A stretch of DNA of 64,000 bases, taken from assembly GCA_964496505.1 (NCBI GenBank), contig CAZBZV010000001.1, positions 117,209 to 181,208 of the forward strand. The letters run 5' to 3'. A program made the translations under genes and the position numbers. This DNA is from an uncultured Ignavibacteria bacterium. GTDB lineage: Bacteria > Zixibacteria > MSB-5A5 > JAABVY01. The notes below the pieces were generated by a model, which searched no databases, had not been told where the DNA came from, and saw nothing but the letters and a program-made list of their open reading frames with translations. Positions 55,410 through 64,000 of the stretch are shown in pieces (position 1 is the stretch's first letter; the number at the start of each line of letters is the position of its first letter).

Positions 55410-57779
55410 CTAACTCTTTTTTATTTTTACGACTGTAACTCCCGAACCGCCCTCATTGAAATATCCCAGACGATGGCTTTCCACAAGTGGATGGATCCTT
55501 AGATATGAGTTGACAGCCTTTCTCAGTGCTCCGGTACCCTTGCCATGAAGTATGTAGACCGTCTCGAGATTTGCAATAGAGACCGAATCCAGATATTTTT
55601 CGACTGCCGTTACGGCTTCCTCGGCAGTCATTCCCCGCACCGATAATTGCATGGGAATATTTTCAAACGGAGCATAATTAACACCCGGGGGGATAGATCG
55701 TTTTGGTTCATTCTTGTGAATTTTTTTCAGGAGGTTCGATTTTACAGTTGCCACCATGCTTCCGGTCTGAACCCGCCAGCTATCCGCTTTCTCGTTGTAG
55801 TCCAGAAGCTCGCCCTCGGAACGAAGATTCTCTATAAAGACGCGGTCGCCGGGGGAGAGGCTTTCCTCTTTTTTGGAAGGCTCCTTTTGTACCTTTATCT
55901 GGTTCAGCCGATCACGGAATTCATCCTGCTTTTCGCGGATGAATTTATGGGCAGCCTTCACGCTTTGCTTATCGGCCTTCTGCTCCTTGATGTTTCGCAC
56001 GAGCTGCTCGAGTCGGCCGCGCGTGCCCTCAACCATTTCCTGAGCCTCCCGCATTGCTTTTTCCTTGTATGCCTGCTGCTCATCTGCGATTTTGTCCTGC
56101 CGTTCGACATAATGTTTGCGCAGCCTATCGACTTCCTCTTTTTCCTTGTCTATCAGTTTTCTGGCCTCTTCGGCCTGCTGGGTTTCCGACTGCATGCGTT
56201 CGATAAGCTCTGCCAGATTTCGCTCCTGCGTGCCCATAAGCCCGACCGCATCTTCAACCACATCCTGCGGCATGCCCAGGCGTTTGGCCATCTCGATAGC
56301 ATAAGATGATCCCGGAAGCCCGATTATCAGCCGGTAAGTCGGCTTTAGCGTTTTCTGATCGAATTCAAGGGAGGCGTTCTGGATACGTTTATCTTTTTCA
56401 GACAATGTCTTGAGCGCAGAATAATGAGTCGTAATAATCGCTTTTCCCTTGCAGTCCAGTATTTTCTTAAGGATTGCCTCGCCCAACGCCGAACCTTCGA
56501 CCGGATCGGTACCGGCGCCAAGCTCATCCATAAGTATCAGGCTGTTTTCATCACAGTTTTTTAAAGCTCCGATGATCTTGGAAATGTGTGAGGAAAAGGT
56601 TGAAAGAGACAGTTCAATCGACTGCTCGTCTCCTATATCGGCAAACACATTATGGAAAATCCCTACCGCCGAATCCTTATGAGCCGGTATAAGCATACCG
56701 GACTGAACCATTATGGTCAAGAGTCCAACTGTTTTAAGAGCTACTGTTTTGCCGCCCATATTGGGGCCTGTGATTACAATGCAATCGAATTCTTTTGCCA
56801 GATGAATATCGAGCGGGATGACCTCGGATTTTTTCTCTACGGATTTAAGCAGAAGCGGATGACGAGCTTCCCTTAAATTTACATAAGGCCTGTCAACCAG
56901 CTCCGGAGGATTACAGTCAAGACGAACTGCAAGGCGCGCTTTGGCATGGATGAAATCGATCATTCCGATCATCTCATAATTGTGCCGGAATTCATCAAGT
57001 TGAGAACGAACCGAATCGCCGATATCAATCAGGATTCTCTCGATCTCCGCCTCTTCATCATTGATCAATTCCCTCAGATGATTATTCATTTCAACCGTTG
57101 CCATCGGCTCCACGAATAAGGTCATACCGGTTTTGGAATGTCCGTGTATCACACCGGTTTTCCCGGTAACATCGGAGGTCGGCATGGGAATAACGTAGCG
57201 GCTGTCGCGAATTGTGATGACGTCATCCTGGCGGGTCTCGTCGCTGCGCCGGGATTGAATCATAGATTCAAGTTTTGCCAGTATTTTATTGCGCACCAAT
57301 TGTTTTTCGATTCTGATCTTGCGCAGCCGGGAGGATGCCGAGTCCATTATTTCGCCGCTTTTGTCGATAGCCTTTTCTATTTTCTGAAGGACCTCATGTC
57401 CCGGTTGAATCTCGGAAACATAGGCATTAATCAGTGGATATTTATCGGTCTTGCCCTTCATATAACTTTTCAGACTATGACAAACCCTCAAAAAGTGGGC
57501 AATTTTGAGATATTCGGTAGAGGCGATATATGTATTTTCAACCTTAAGGCGCGAAAGATAAACATCAATCGGATCAAGTGTCTGTAATACGAACGGCTCC
57601 TCGAACCTGAGGATCTCGGTCAACTGCCCGGTCTCCGCCAGCTCTTTTTTGATCTGCTCGTAATCTGTTTTAGGATAAAGATATTCAGCCCTTGCTATGC
57701 CCGCCGGGGTGTGACAGATATCACGCAGGAGGCTTTTAATCTTATCGAATTCCAGTTTATTTAAGGTATGCTCATCCAT
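55410..57779 (-). CDS. mutS2: endonuclease MutS2 (MutS domain + C-terminal Smr)
   Basis: Walker A 'GPNMGGKTVALKTVGL'; C-terminal Smr 'VYILHGKGTGALRKAV'. Confidence 0.95.
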   Translation of the reverse strand: MDEHTLNKLEFDKIKSLLRDICHTPAGIARAEYLYPKTDYEQIKKELAETGQLTEILRFEEPFVLQTLDPIDVYLSRLKVENTYIASTEYLKIAHFLRVCHSLKSYMKGKTDKYPLINAYVSEIQPGHEVLQKIEKAIDKSGEIMDSASSRLRKIRIEKQLVRNKILAKLESMIQSRRSDETRQDDVITIRDSRYVIPMPTSDVTGKTGVIHGHSKTGMTLFVEPMATVEMNNHLRELINDEEAEIERILIDIGDSVRSQLDEFRHNYEMIGMIDFIHAKARLAVRLDCNPPELVDRPYVNLREARHPLLLKSVEKKSEVIPLDIHLAKEFDCIVITGPNMGGKTVALKTVGLLTIMVQSGMLIPAHKDSAVGIFHNVFADIGDEQSIELSLSTFSSHISKIIGALKNCDENSLILMDELGAGTDPVEGSALGEAILKKILDCKGKAIITTHYSALKTLSEKDKRIQNASLEFDQKTLKPTYRLIIGLPGSSYAIEMAKRLGMPQDVVEDAVGLMGTQERNLAELIERMQSETQQAEEARKLIDKEKEEVDRLRKHYVERQDKIADEQQAYKEKAMREAQEMVEGTRGRLEQLVRNIKEQKADKQSVKAAHKFIREKQDEFRDRLNQIKVQKEPSKKEESLSPGDRVFIENLRSEGELLDYNEKADSWRVQTGSMVATVKSNLLKKIHKNEPKRSIPPGVNYAPFENIPMQLSVRGMTAEEAVTAVEKYLDSVSIANLETVYILHGKGTGALRKAVNSYLRIHPLVESHRLGYFNEGGSGVTVVKIKKS

Positions 57780-58096
57780 ATTAATTTACTCTCAAAACTC
57801 AGTAGAAGATATGGCTTTGTGCAGAATTTGCAAACCCGAAAATTGTTAAAATACTGCTGTTTTTTTGGAACCACTTTTTATGTCGGGTGTATATCCTAGT
57901 AGAAAAGGCAAGAAAACCTAAGTTACGTGACCAATCCACAAGGCTCTGACCCTGAAGCCTGCTCATCAAAGCAGGCTTTTTTTTGTGAACTAAATCTTAG
58001 ATTTTCCGGTTGTTTAAAATAAAGGGTGTATTTTATGTCAGTTCCGCAAAAGAGTACTTATCTATTATTAGGCAGTAATTTTCAAAATTAGGAGGA

Positions 58097-58465
58097 ATGA
58101 TGTCTATTTCCAGGCTGCCTGACGGTTCCCTTTGTCATACTGAGATTTATGCCAATGACCTGGGGGAGACCATGATGTTTTATGCCGAATTGTTTGATTG
58201 GGAAGTTCGTAATTCTATGAACGGCTATGGGATGTGGAAGGACGGCAATGGCTGCGAAGGAGGCTTTTCCACTACCGGCAGGCCCAATGATACCGGCTGC
58301 AGTCTTTATTTAAAGGTCGAAAATATGGAGGATTATATCTCCCGGCTTCGCGAAAAGGGAGCGGAGATTATTCAGGAGAAAACCCAAATCGCCCCGGACT
58401 TTGGATACTTTTCATTATTCAAGGATCCTGGTGGAAATGTTGTGGGCCTCTGGTCGAAAAAATAG
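58097..58465 (+). CDS. VOC/glyoxalase-family protein
   Basis: 122 aa; 'HTEIYANDLGETMMFYAELFDWEV...FKDPGGNVVGLW' glyoxalase-fold pattern. Confidence 0.7.
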   Translation: MMSISRLPDGSLCHTEIYANDLGETMMFYAELFDWEVRNSMNGYGMWKDGNGCEGGFSTTGRPNDTGCSLYLKVENMEDYISRLREKGAEIIQEKTQIAPDFGYFSLFKDPGGNVVGLWSKK

Positions 58466-58546
58466 CATCATGAAAATATGAGTGAAAACAATAAAGGCGG
58501 AGCTTCCCCAATGCTCCGCCTTTATCTATCTGGGAATCAGAGAGGA

Positions 58547-59137
58547 TTAATTTCGTTTTGTATACTGCGCTTTTCCGGTTGTGTGCCATGTCTTGCCGCC
58601 ATCCATAGACAATTCATATGTCCAATCGAAACTATTATCCTTGATGTTATGAATCGTAATTCTGTCTTGATATTTCTGGCCCTGCCAGACCGCCTCATGG
58701 GTGAATACCATCTTTCCATCTTTATAGTGGCCCTCGTAATAGCTGATATGCGCACCCATGTTATCGGTCCAAGTCTGCTGCCACTTTTCGGTTTCACGAT
58801 TAAAAGCCAGAAGGCCAAGGCCCTCGAATGGCATACCCATCATCTCGGAATCAAATGTATGGCGCATGGCCGCTCCGCCCAGAATCATTTCATATTTTGC
58901 CACACCCTCCGAGGTCTGCCATTCCTGATCTGAGGGATCCATTTTCCAATCCTGTGTTACATCCCAGGTTCCGGCAAGATGGGCAATCTGTTGCATTTCC
59001 TCCGGCGGTCCCATAGGCGGCATGCCCTCGGCCGTCATTTCGGATTTCTGACCCTCCTGGTCTTCTCCCGCGATTGCGGCGGCGCCGATTATAACGGCAA
59101 TCAATGAAAATACAAATATTATTCTTAATGCTGTCAT
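58547..59137 (-). CDS. hypothetical secreted Trp/Met-rich protein (possibly DUF1579-like)
   Basis: Signal peptide MTALRIIFVFSLIAVIIGAAAIAG; start placed at internal Met with signal peptide. Confidence 0.5.
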   Translation of the reverse strand: MTALRIIFVFSLIAVIIGAAAIAGEDQEGQKSEMTAEGMPPMGPPEEMQQIAHLAGTWDVTQDWKMDPSDQEWQTSEGVAKYEMILGGAAMRHTFDSEMMGMPFEGLGLLAFNRETEKWQQTWTDNMGAHISYYEGHYKDGKMVFTHEAVWQGQKYQDRITIHNIKDNSFDWTYELSMDGGKTWHTTGKAQYTKRN

Positions 59138-59349
59138 CTGAATTCCTCCGTACTGCAAAAAGTATAATCGAGACAAATTATATACGGTATTAAACACGAT
59201 ATTATGGGTTATGTTTCAAAAGGTCAAGTAAAAAGTATATTAATTTTATCCATTATCTGGGATGCCAATGGGATGCACGGATTAATTCTTCTATCCCGGC
59301 TTACAGTCTGCTGCAAATTGGGGCGTCGATTGTTATAGAAGATATTGCT

Positions 59350-61092
59350 TTATGTCAGCGGGTAATCGAGCTCGGCAAACCATTCGATTTTTATATCGGG
59401 GAATATGCTGTCCTGATTCTCCATATCTCCCAGGAAAGTCCAATCCTCTTCATCGACATCGTCACCCGCGGCATATCGTTCAGCCATATTTGCCAGACGC
59501 AGGAATCTTTTGTGATGACGTGCCAGGCGCATCTCGGCGTAATCCCGTGCCGCCCAGGTCGAGATCAGGAACTGCCAGTCAGAGGCGACGAGGAGCATAA
59601 GTTCGCGAGCGGCCTGTTTGAGGATATTTAGCAAATCCTTATCATCGCTATCCCTATGTTTTTTAGCCAGCGACTGCATGCGGAGTTCGTCTTCGTAGAT
59701 GTGTTTCCAGCTCCATTCAGTCCATTCATTCAGCCAGATATAATGATATCCGCCCTGACCCCAGCTTCCCTCGGGCATGGAGATCACATCGGTCGGCAGC
59801 GCTTCATCGAGAAAACTTCCGCAGGTGCGTGTTTCGATTTGCTGATCGTTATTGACATACTCTGTAACCAGTTTGAGAAAATTCACGCCCTCGAACCACC
59901 AGTGTCCGAAAAGCTCGCAGTCAAAAGGTGCGCAGAGAAATCCTTTTTTGCCCGATTTTTCATTAAATTCGGACAGGACCTCCTTGACCAGCGATTTGAA
60001 ATGTGCGGCATTTTCAGGCACGCGCCCCATTGCTCTTTTGTGATTATATTCCTCTTTATCGGCCAGATCGCTTTTGGCCGAGGTAACCATCCAGTAGCGA
60101 TGGCCTCCCGGGAAACGCTTTTTGTGGAAGTCGAGGTAGTTGCCGTCCCCGGGGTAGCCATATTCCCCGGACCAGACCTGAAGCCCGGTCTTGGGATCGC
60201 GTGTAAAGACCGCCACCGGTTTTTTGTTTTCATCCCCGGATGAGACAAGGTAAATCTCCTGCGGGCTGCGTTCTTTAATTTCCTCGGGCGGTTTATATTC
60301 CTTTTCAAACTGTCCCCAGAGTTTTTTAAGCGCCTCGAATCTGTCGATATACACTCCGATTGCCTCACCGCCCTTCAAAAGAGCGCTGTCGACAATGAAA
60401 TACTCAATGCCGTTTTCAGACAGAATTTCCTCCACGCCTTTGCGAAGATAGCTTTTATCCAGCCCCTCGATTTGTACGGGCGGTTTCCATTCGTAACGCG
60501 GACGATAGGCGCATTCCGGGAGCCAGATTCCGCGCGGTTTTCGTCCGAAAAAGTTCTCATAGGATTGAATTGCCTGCTTTACCTGGGCCTGCAGGGTAGT
60601 ATCCCGCGAGAGAAGGGGGAAGTAGCCGTGAGTTGCGGCACAGGTCATAATCTCGATATGACCGTCATCCTGCATCTTTTTGAAGGCCTCCGGCAGGTTT
60701 TGATCATACTTGTTCTCGAAGTTATTTTTTGTCCGGCCGTAGAAATTTATCCACATCTGAGCCAGCTCCGACATATTGGTATCGCCGTGTCGGTCAAAAA
60801 CCTCTTTATCGGTTTCGGCCGCCTGGATTTTGTTATCCAGATAGGAGCAGAATTCAGGCGGGAATGCTTCATGCCCGAGCTGTTCGCATAAAACAGGGGA
60901 GATGCTGATTGTAAGATTGGGAGATTGCCCGTCCTCCACAATCTCGTTGAGCATATCCAGAATGGGTATATATGTTTCCGCGCAGGCCTCGTTGAGCCAG
61001 TCGGTACCGTGGGGCCAGCGCCCGTGAGAGAGAACATAGGGTAGATGAGAATGGAGCACAAAGGAAAATGCTCCGATTTTGTCCTCGGACAT
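59350..61092 (-). CDS. glycoside hydrolase family 57 alpha-glucan branching-enzyme-like protein
   Basis: GH57 motif 'SFVLHSHLPYV' and overall 580-aa GH57 architecture. Confidence 0.85.
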   Translation of the reverse strand: MSEDKIGAFSFVLHSHLPYVLSHGRWPHGTDWLNEACAETYIPILDMLNEIVEDGQSPNLTISISPVLCEQLGHEAFPPEFCSYLDNKIQAAETDKEVFDRHGDTNMSELAQMWINFYGRTKNNFENKYDQNLPEAFKKMQDDGHIEIMTCAATHGYFPLLSRDTTLQAQVKQAIQSYENFFGRKPRGIWLPECAYRPRYEWKPPVQIEGLDKSYLRKGVEEILSENGIEYFIVDSALLKGGEAIGVYIDRFEALKKLWGQFEKEYKPPEEIKERSPQEIYLVSSGDENKKPVAVFTRDPKTGLQVWSGEYGYPGDGNYLDFHKKRFPGGHRYWMVTSAKSDLADKEEYNHKRAMGRVPENAAHFKSLVKEVLSEFNEKSGKKGFLCAPFDCELFGHWWFEGVNFLKLVTEYVNNDQQIETRTCGSFLDEALPTDVISMPEGSWGQGGYHYIWLNEWTEWSWKHIYEDELRMQSLAKKHRDSDDKDLLNILKQAARELMLLVASDWQFLISTWAARDYAEMRLARHHKRFLRLANMAERYAAGDDVDEEDWTFLGDMENQDSIFPDIKIEWFAELDYPLT

Positions 61093-61151
61093 GCTTTAAT
61101 CCTTTCCAAAGTGGTTTATGCTTTATTCAAATAATGGAATTAAACTAGCAC

Positions 61152-61478
61152 TTAATCAGTATCCAGTTTATGATCAGTGGCGGTTTGGAAGCCGATAGAT
61201 TTTTCCTCTTTACCGAACATCTTGATCGGTCCGAACTGACCTTCATATTTTTTGATACTATTTTCAAGATTGTTCAATAGCGCCTTGGCTGTTGTTGGAT
61301 TCAGTATCAGGCGCGCATGTACCTTTGCCTTTTTCATGCCCGGTGAGAATCTGGCAAAGTCCAGAATAAATTCAGCCGGTGAAAAATTTATGATCTGCAA
61401 ATTGGAATATACCTCGTCGGGAAGGTCATCTCCAAGCGCTACTTTGATCTGTTGCGGCTGGCCCTGTGGCTGTTTCAT
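61152..61478 (-). CDS. DUF3467-like small protein
   Basis: 'NLQIINFSPAEFILDF' core; start at second ATG which carries AGGAGG RBS. Confidence 0.5.
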   Translation of the reverse strand: MKQPQGQPQQIKVALGDDLPDEVYSNLQIINFSPAEFILDFARFSPGMKKAKVHARLILNPTTAKALLNNLENSIKKYEGQFGPIKMFGKEEKSIGFQTATDHKLDTD

Positions 61479-61553
61479 AAGATTTCCTCCTTGAACTTTT
61501 CGCATAAAAGTATTACAATTCAGCTCAAAGTCAATAGCAAAAAGGAATTCGGG

Positions 61554-62561
61554 TTGGTAGTTGAGAAACCGAGGATAGACGAAATCTTTTCACATCTGGG
61601 GGGCAATTCCATCATTATTTTAGGCGACCTTATGATGGACCGCTATATGTGGGGGGAGGTCAACCGTATCTCACCTGAAGCGCCGGTGCCGGTGGTTGAA
61701 GTAAGAAACGAGACCCTTCTTCTGGGGGGCGCCGCCAATGTTGCGGTTAATATCAGCAAGCTTGGGGATGAACCTTACCTGGTCGGTGTTGTCGGCAATG
61801 ATCTGCGTTCGGAAACATTCAATATTCTTCTGGGGGATAACGGCATCCGTTCGGACGGAATCGTAATGCATAACGGACGTCCGACCACGATTAAAACCCG
61901 AATCATCGCGCACAATCAGCAAGTCGTGCGTGCCGATCATGAAACCACCGATGAGATCGAGCGGGAAACCGAGGAAGATATTTACAAGAAGATTGTGGAG
62001 AAAATTGATGAGGCCAGGGGCTTGATTATCTCCGATTACGGCAAGGGAGTTATTACCAAAGGCCTTCTGGAAAAAGTGATCGCACTTTGCCGTGAGAAAA
62101 ATGTCTTCGTGGCGGTCGATCCGAAGGATGTCAACTTCAAGTCATACAAGCGGGTTTCTGTTATTACTCCCAACCATCATGAGGCCGGATTTGCCTATGG
62201 CAAACGGATACGCAATGAGGATGATTTAAAAGAAGTGGGATGGGGGCTCCTGAAGATTCTGGATGCCGAGTCGCTTCTTATAACACGCGGTGCGGAGGGT
62301 ATGGCGCTTTTTGAAAAAAACGGCAGCCTGACATTTCTTCCAACTGCCGCACGCAAGGTTTATGATGTTACCGGGGCGGGCGATACGGTTATCTCCGCTT
62401 TTGTTTCGGCCATGGCGGCCGGGGCCGCTCTTCCCGAGGCCGCCTACATATCGAATCAGGCTGCGGGAATTGTGGTGGGCGAGATCGGTACAGCCCAGGC
62501 CACGAAAGAATCACTTATCAAAGAGATAAATAAACGTCTAAAAGGAAATAATAATGGGTAG
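61554..62561 (+). CDS. hldA: D-glycero-beta-D-manno-heptose-7-phosphate kinase (RfaE domain I / HldA, PfkB family)
   Basis: 'IIILGDLMMDRYMWGEVNRISPEAPVPVV' and 'DVTGAGDT'; TTG start at 61554 in frame with GGA-rich RBS (track ORF start lies inside the antisense DUF3467 gene). Confidence 0.8.
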   Translation: MVVEKPRIDEIFSHLGGNSIIILGDLMMDRYMWGEVNRISPEAPVPVVEVRNETLLLGGAANVAVNISKLGDEPYLVGVVGNDLRSETFNILLGDNGIRSDGIVMHNGRPTTIKTRIIAHNQQVVRADHETTDEIERETEEDIYKKIVEKIDEARGLIISDYGKGVITKGLLEKVIALCREKNVFVAVDPKDVNFKSYKRVSVITPNHHEAGFAYGKRIRNEDDLKEVGWGLLKILDAESLLITRGAEGMALFEKNGSLTFLPTAARKVYDVTGAGDTVISAFVSAMAAGAALPEAAYISNQAAGIVVGEIGTAQATKESLIKEINKRLKGNNNG

Positions 62562-63027
62562 AGTAATAGGAGTACAGCGGCTGGTAGAACTGAGATGCAG
62601 TTGGCGAAGCTGCTATGTTGTGTTCACCAACGGTGTTTTCGATCTGATACATTACGGCCATCTTAAACTTCTTGAAGACTGCAAGATTATGGGGACAGTG
62701 CTTATTGTGGGCATGAATTCGGATGCGTCCGTGAAGAAGATAAAAGGCCCGAAACGTCCCATAATGCCGTACAAGGACAGGAGCAAACTGCTGGCGGCTT
62801 TGAAGCCGGTGGATTATGTGGTTTCGTTTGGCGAGGAAACGCCGCTGAAATTAATCAAGAAGCTAAAGCCGGATGTACTGGTTAAAGGCGCCGACTACAA
62901 GCTTGAAGAAATAGTTGGAGCAAAAGAGGTAAAGGAATGGGGCGGAAGAGTTAAACGCGTGAAGCTTTTGCCGGGACGCTCGACCTCTGAGCTGATTAAG
63001 AAGATTGGCAAGCTCTCTGGAAGATAA
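62554..63027 (+). CDS. hldC: D-glycero-beta-D-manno-heptose-1-phosphate adenylyltransferase (RfaE domain II / HldC)
   Basis: Cytidylyltransferase 'VVFTNGVFDLIHYGHLKLL'; overlaps hldA by 8 nt. Confidence 0.85.
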   Translation: MGRVIGVQRLVELRCSWRSCYVVFTNGVFDLIHYGHLKLLEDCKIMGTVLIVGMNSDASVKKIKGPKRPIMPYKDRSKLLAALKPVDYVVSFGEETPLKLIKKLKPDVLVKGADYKLEEIVGAKEVKEWGGRVKRVKLLPGRSTSELIKKIGKLSGR

Positions 63028-63078
63028 AGTTTTACTTGACAGTGTTTAAGTGCAGGTTTAACTTTTGAGCTTGGAAGG

Positions 63079-63684
63079 TTGAGTGTGATAAAATTATCTC
63101 TTGCAAAAGGGAAGTCGGATTCTGAGATTGCGGTTCTGGAGAAACATCTACCGGAATCATTTGCACGACTGGCTGATGTTTACTTTGCCAGAGGTGAGCG
63201 CCAGAAGGCCCTCGAGATTTTAAAGGAGCATGCTGATAGCTTTCCCGAGTATCCCACAGGTTTCTGGATGCTCGGTAAGGTTTTTTACAGCCTGAAGGAA
63301 AAGGAGAAAGCTTTAGCTTACCTGCATAGAACATTACAGATAATACCCGAGCATCTGGCGGCGCTGGAATTGATCGGAAAGATTTATATGGAGAGCGGGG
63401 AGCATGCTCTGGCAAGGTCTTATCTGAAACAAGTCGGTCAGGCCGATGAGCTGGGAGAAATTGTATTCAAAACAAAATCCGATGAAGCCAAGGTTAAGGC
63501 CGAAAAAGAGAAGATAGAGGATGTTCGTGAGCGGGCCAAAGGCAAGTTCGCTACCGAGACTATGGTTAATCTCTATATAAGACAGGGACATAAGAGGCTT
63601 GCCAGGGAACTTTGCGAGGAGATACTGGTTATGCAACCTGAAAACACCCGTATAAAAACAATTTTAAAGGAGCTGGAGAGTTAA
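63079..63684 (+). CDS. TPR-repeat protein
   Basis: Tandem 34-aa helical repeats (…ALEILKEHADSFPEYPTGFWMLGKVFY…AYLHRTLQIIPEHLAALELIGKIY…); TTG start with GGAAGG RBS. Confidence 0.65.
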   Translation: MSVIKLSLAKGKSDSEIAVLEKHLPESFARLADVYFARGERQKALEILKEHADSFPEYPTGFWMLGKVFYSLKEKEKALAYLHRTLQIIPEHLAALELIGKIYMESGEHALARSYLKQVGQADELGEIVFKTKSDEAKVKAEKEKIEDVRERAKGKFATETMVNLYIRQGHKRLARELCEEILVMQPENTRIKTILKELES

Positions 63685-63685
63685 T

Positions 63686-64000
63686 ATGCCATCCAATTTA
63701 AAACGCTTACAGCAATTGGTTAAAAAAGAAAATCTGGACTGTCTGCTTGTTACCGAGGTTACCAATATTCGTTATCTGACCGGTTACTCGGGATCCTCAG
63801 CCAAGCTTCTGGTATTTCCGACACAGACATACTTTTTCACCGATTTCCGTTATAAGGATCAGGTGAAGAAAGAGGTTAAGGGCGCAAAAATTGAGATCGG
63901 CCAGCGTGATCCGATGATGGATTTTCCCAGGTTCAAACCGCTGCAAAAGAAGAATATCACAATCGGCTTCCAATCAGAATATATTACTCATGCCATGCTT
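63686..64000 (+). CDS. pepP: Xaa-Pro aminopeptidase (M24B) N-terminal creatinase-like domain, 3'-truncated by window end
   Basis: 'LKRLQQLVKKENLDCLLVTEVTNIRYLTGYSGSSAKLLV' Creatinase_N pattern; RBS GGAGAG. Confidence 0.7.
   Translation, partial: MPSNLKRLQQLVKKENLDCLLVTEVTNIRYLTGYSGSSAKLLVFPTQTYFFTDFRYKDQVKKEVKGAKIEIGQRDPMMDFPRFKPLQKKNITIGFQSEYITHAML

Noticed and set aside
55647-56309. 220-aa plus-strand ORF inside mutS2
   Set aside because: Antisense to the strongly supported mutS2 gene; hydrophobic low-complexity translation typical of shadow frames.
59656-60891. Several + strand ORFs (195 aa, 139 aa) inside the GH57 gene
   Set aside because: Antisense shadows of a conserved glycoside hydrolase CDS.

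Overview
This 64-kb window is bacterial chromosome of moderate GC and is densely coding on the + strand. From 5' to 3' it holds the blocks below.

- **Metabolic trio (1-4059):** a 5'-truncated class-I (AspC-like) aminotransferase fused in-frame to an unusual C-terminal degenerate P-loop domain, then ndk, then a divergent ATP-type PEP carboxykinase homolog.
- **Accessory islet (~4.1-7.8 kb):** several families of palindromic and hairpin repeats, a rusA Holliday-junction resolvase gene bracketed by two 76-bp imperfect palindromes, a PD-(D/E)xK(Hjc-like)+HEPN fusion gene, a small Cys-rich ORF, a lipoprotein and a candidate 24-aa hydrophobic peptide gene.
- **Housekeeping run:** a divergent GNAT/HNH pair, then trpS-scpA-scpB-rluB-cmk-plsC-rpsA-mtaB.
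- **Flagellar block (18.0-34.4 kb):** ylxF-fliK-flgD-(flg operon protein)-flgE-flbD-fliL-fliM-fliN-fliO-fliP-fliQ-fliR-flhB-flhA-flhF-flhG-fliA, in Bacillus fla/che-like order but without che genes, preceded by a sigma54-like promoter.
- **Downstream of fliA:** a Lys-rich small protein and a 912-aa protein whose C-terminal third is a Mutator/IS256-family transposase core lacking the catalytic Glu (likely domesticated). Then come a DUF2225-like Zn-ribbon protein, two PilZ proteins (one YcgR/MotI-like), an exported protein and a GAF sensor kinase with a receiver.
- **Sigma28-driven operon (43.3-45.9 kb):** a TAAG-N15-GCCGATAA promoter precedes a CheB-methylesterase-like protein whose active-site His is Gln, a second receiver and FapA (DUF342).
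- **RNA and regulatory elements:** a GC-rich, structured 500-bp intergenic region; tRNA-Gly(CCC) with a near-consensus sigma70 promoter; and a textbook cobalamin riboswitch. The riboswitch controls a btuB-like TonB receptor plus a YVTN beta-propeller/dockerin protein that could be a BtuG-like B12 capture analog.
- **Remaining genes:** DUF512-der-rlmN, ydjC-like, mutS2, a VOC protein, a GH57 glucan branching enzyme, DUF3467, split hldA/hldC heptose genes, a TPR protein and the start of pepP.

No CRISPR array, rRNA or intact IS element was seen. Coordinates come from the supplied ORF track plus manual start-codon/RBS inspection. All homology calls are from motif recognition by eye with no database search.
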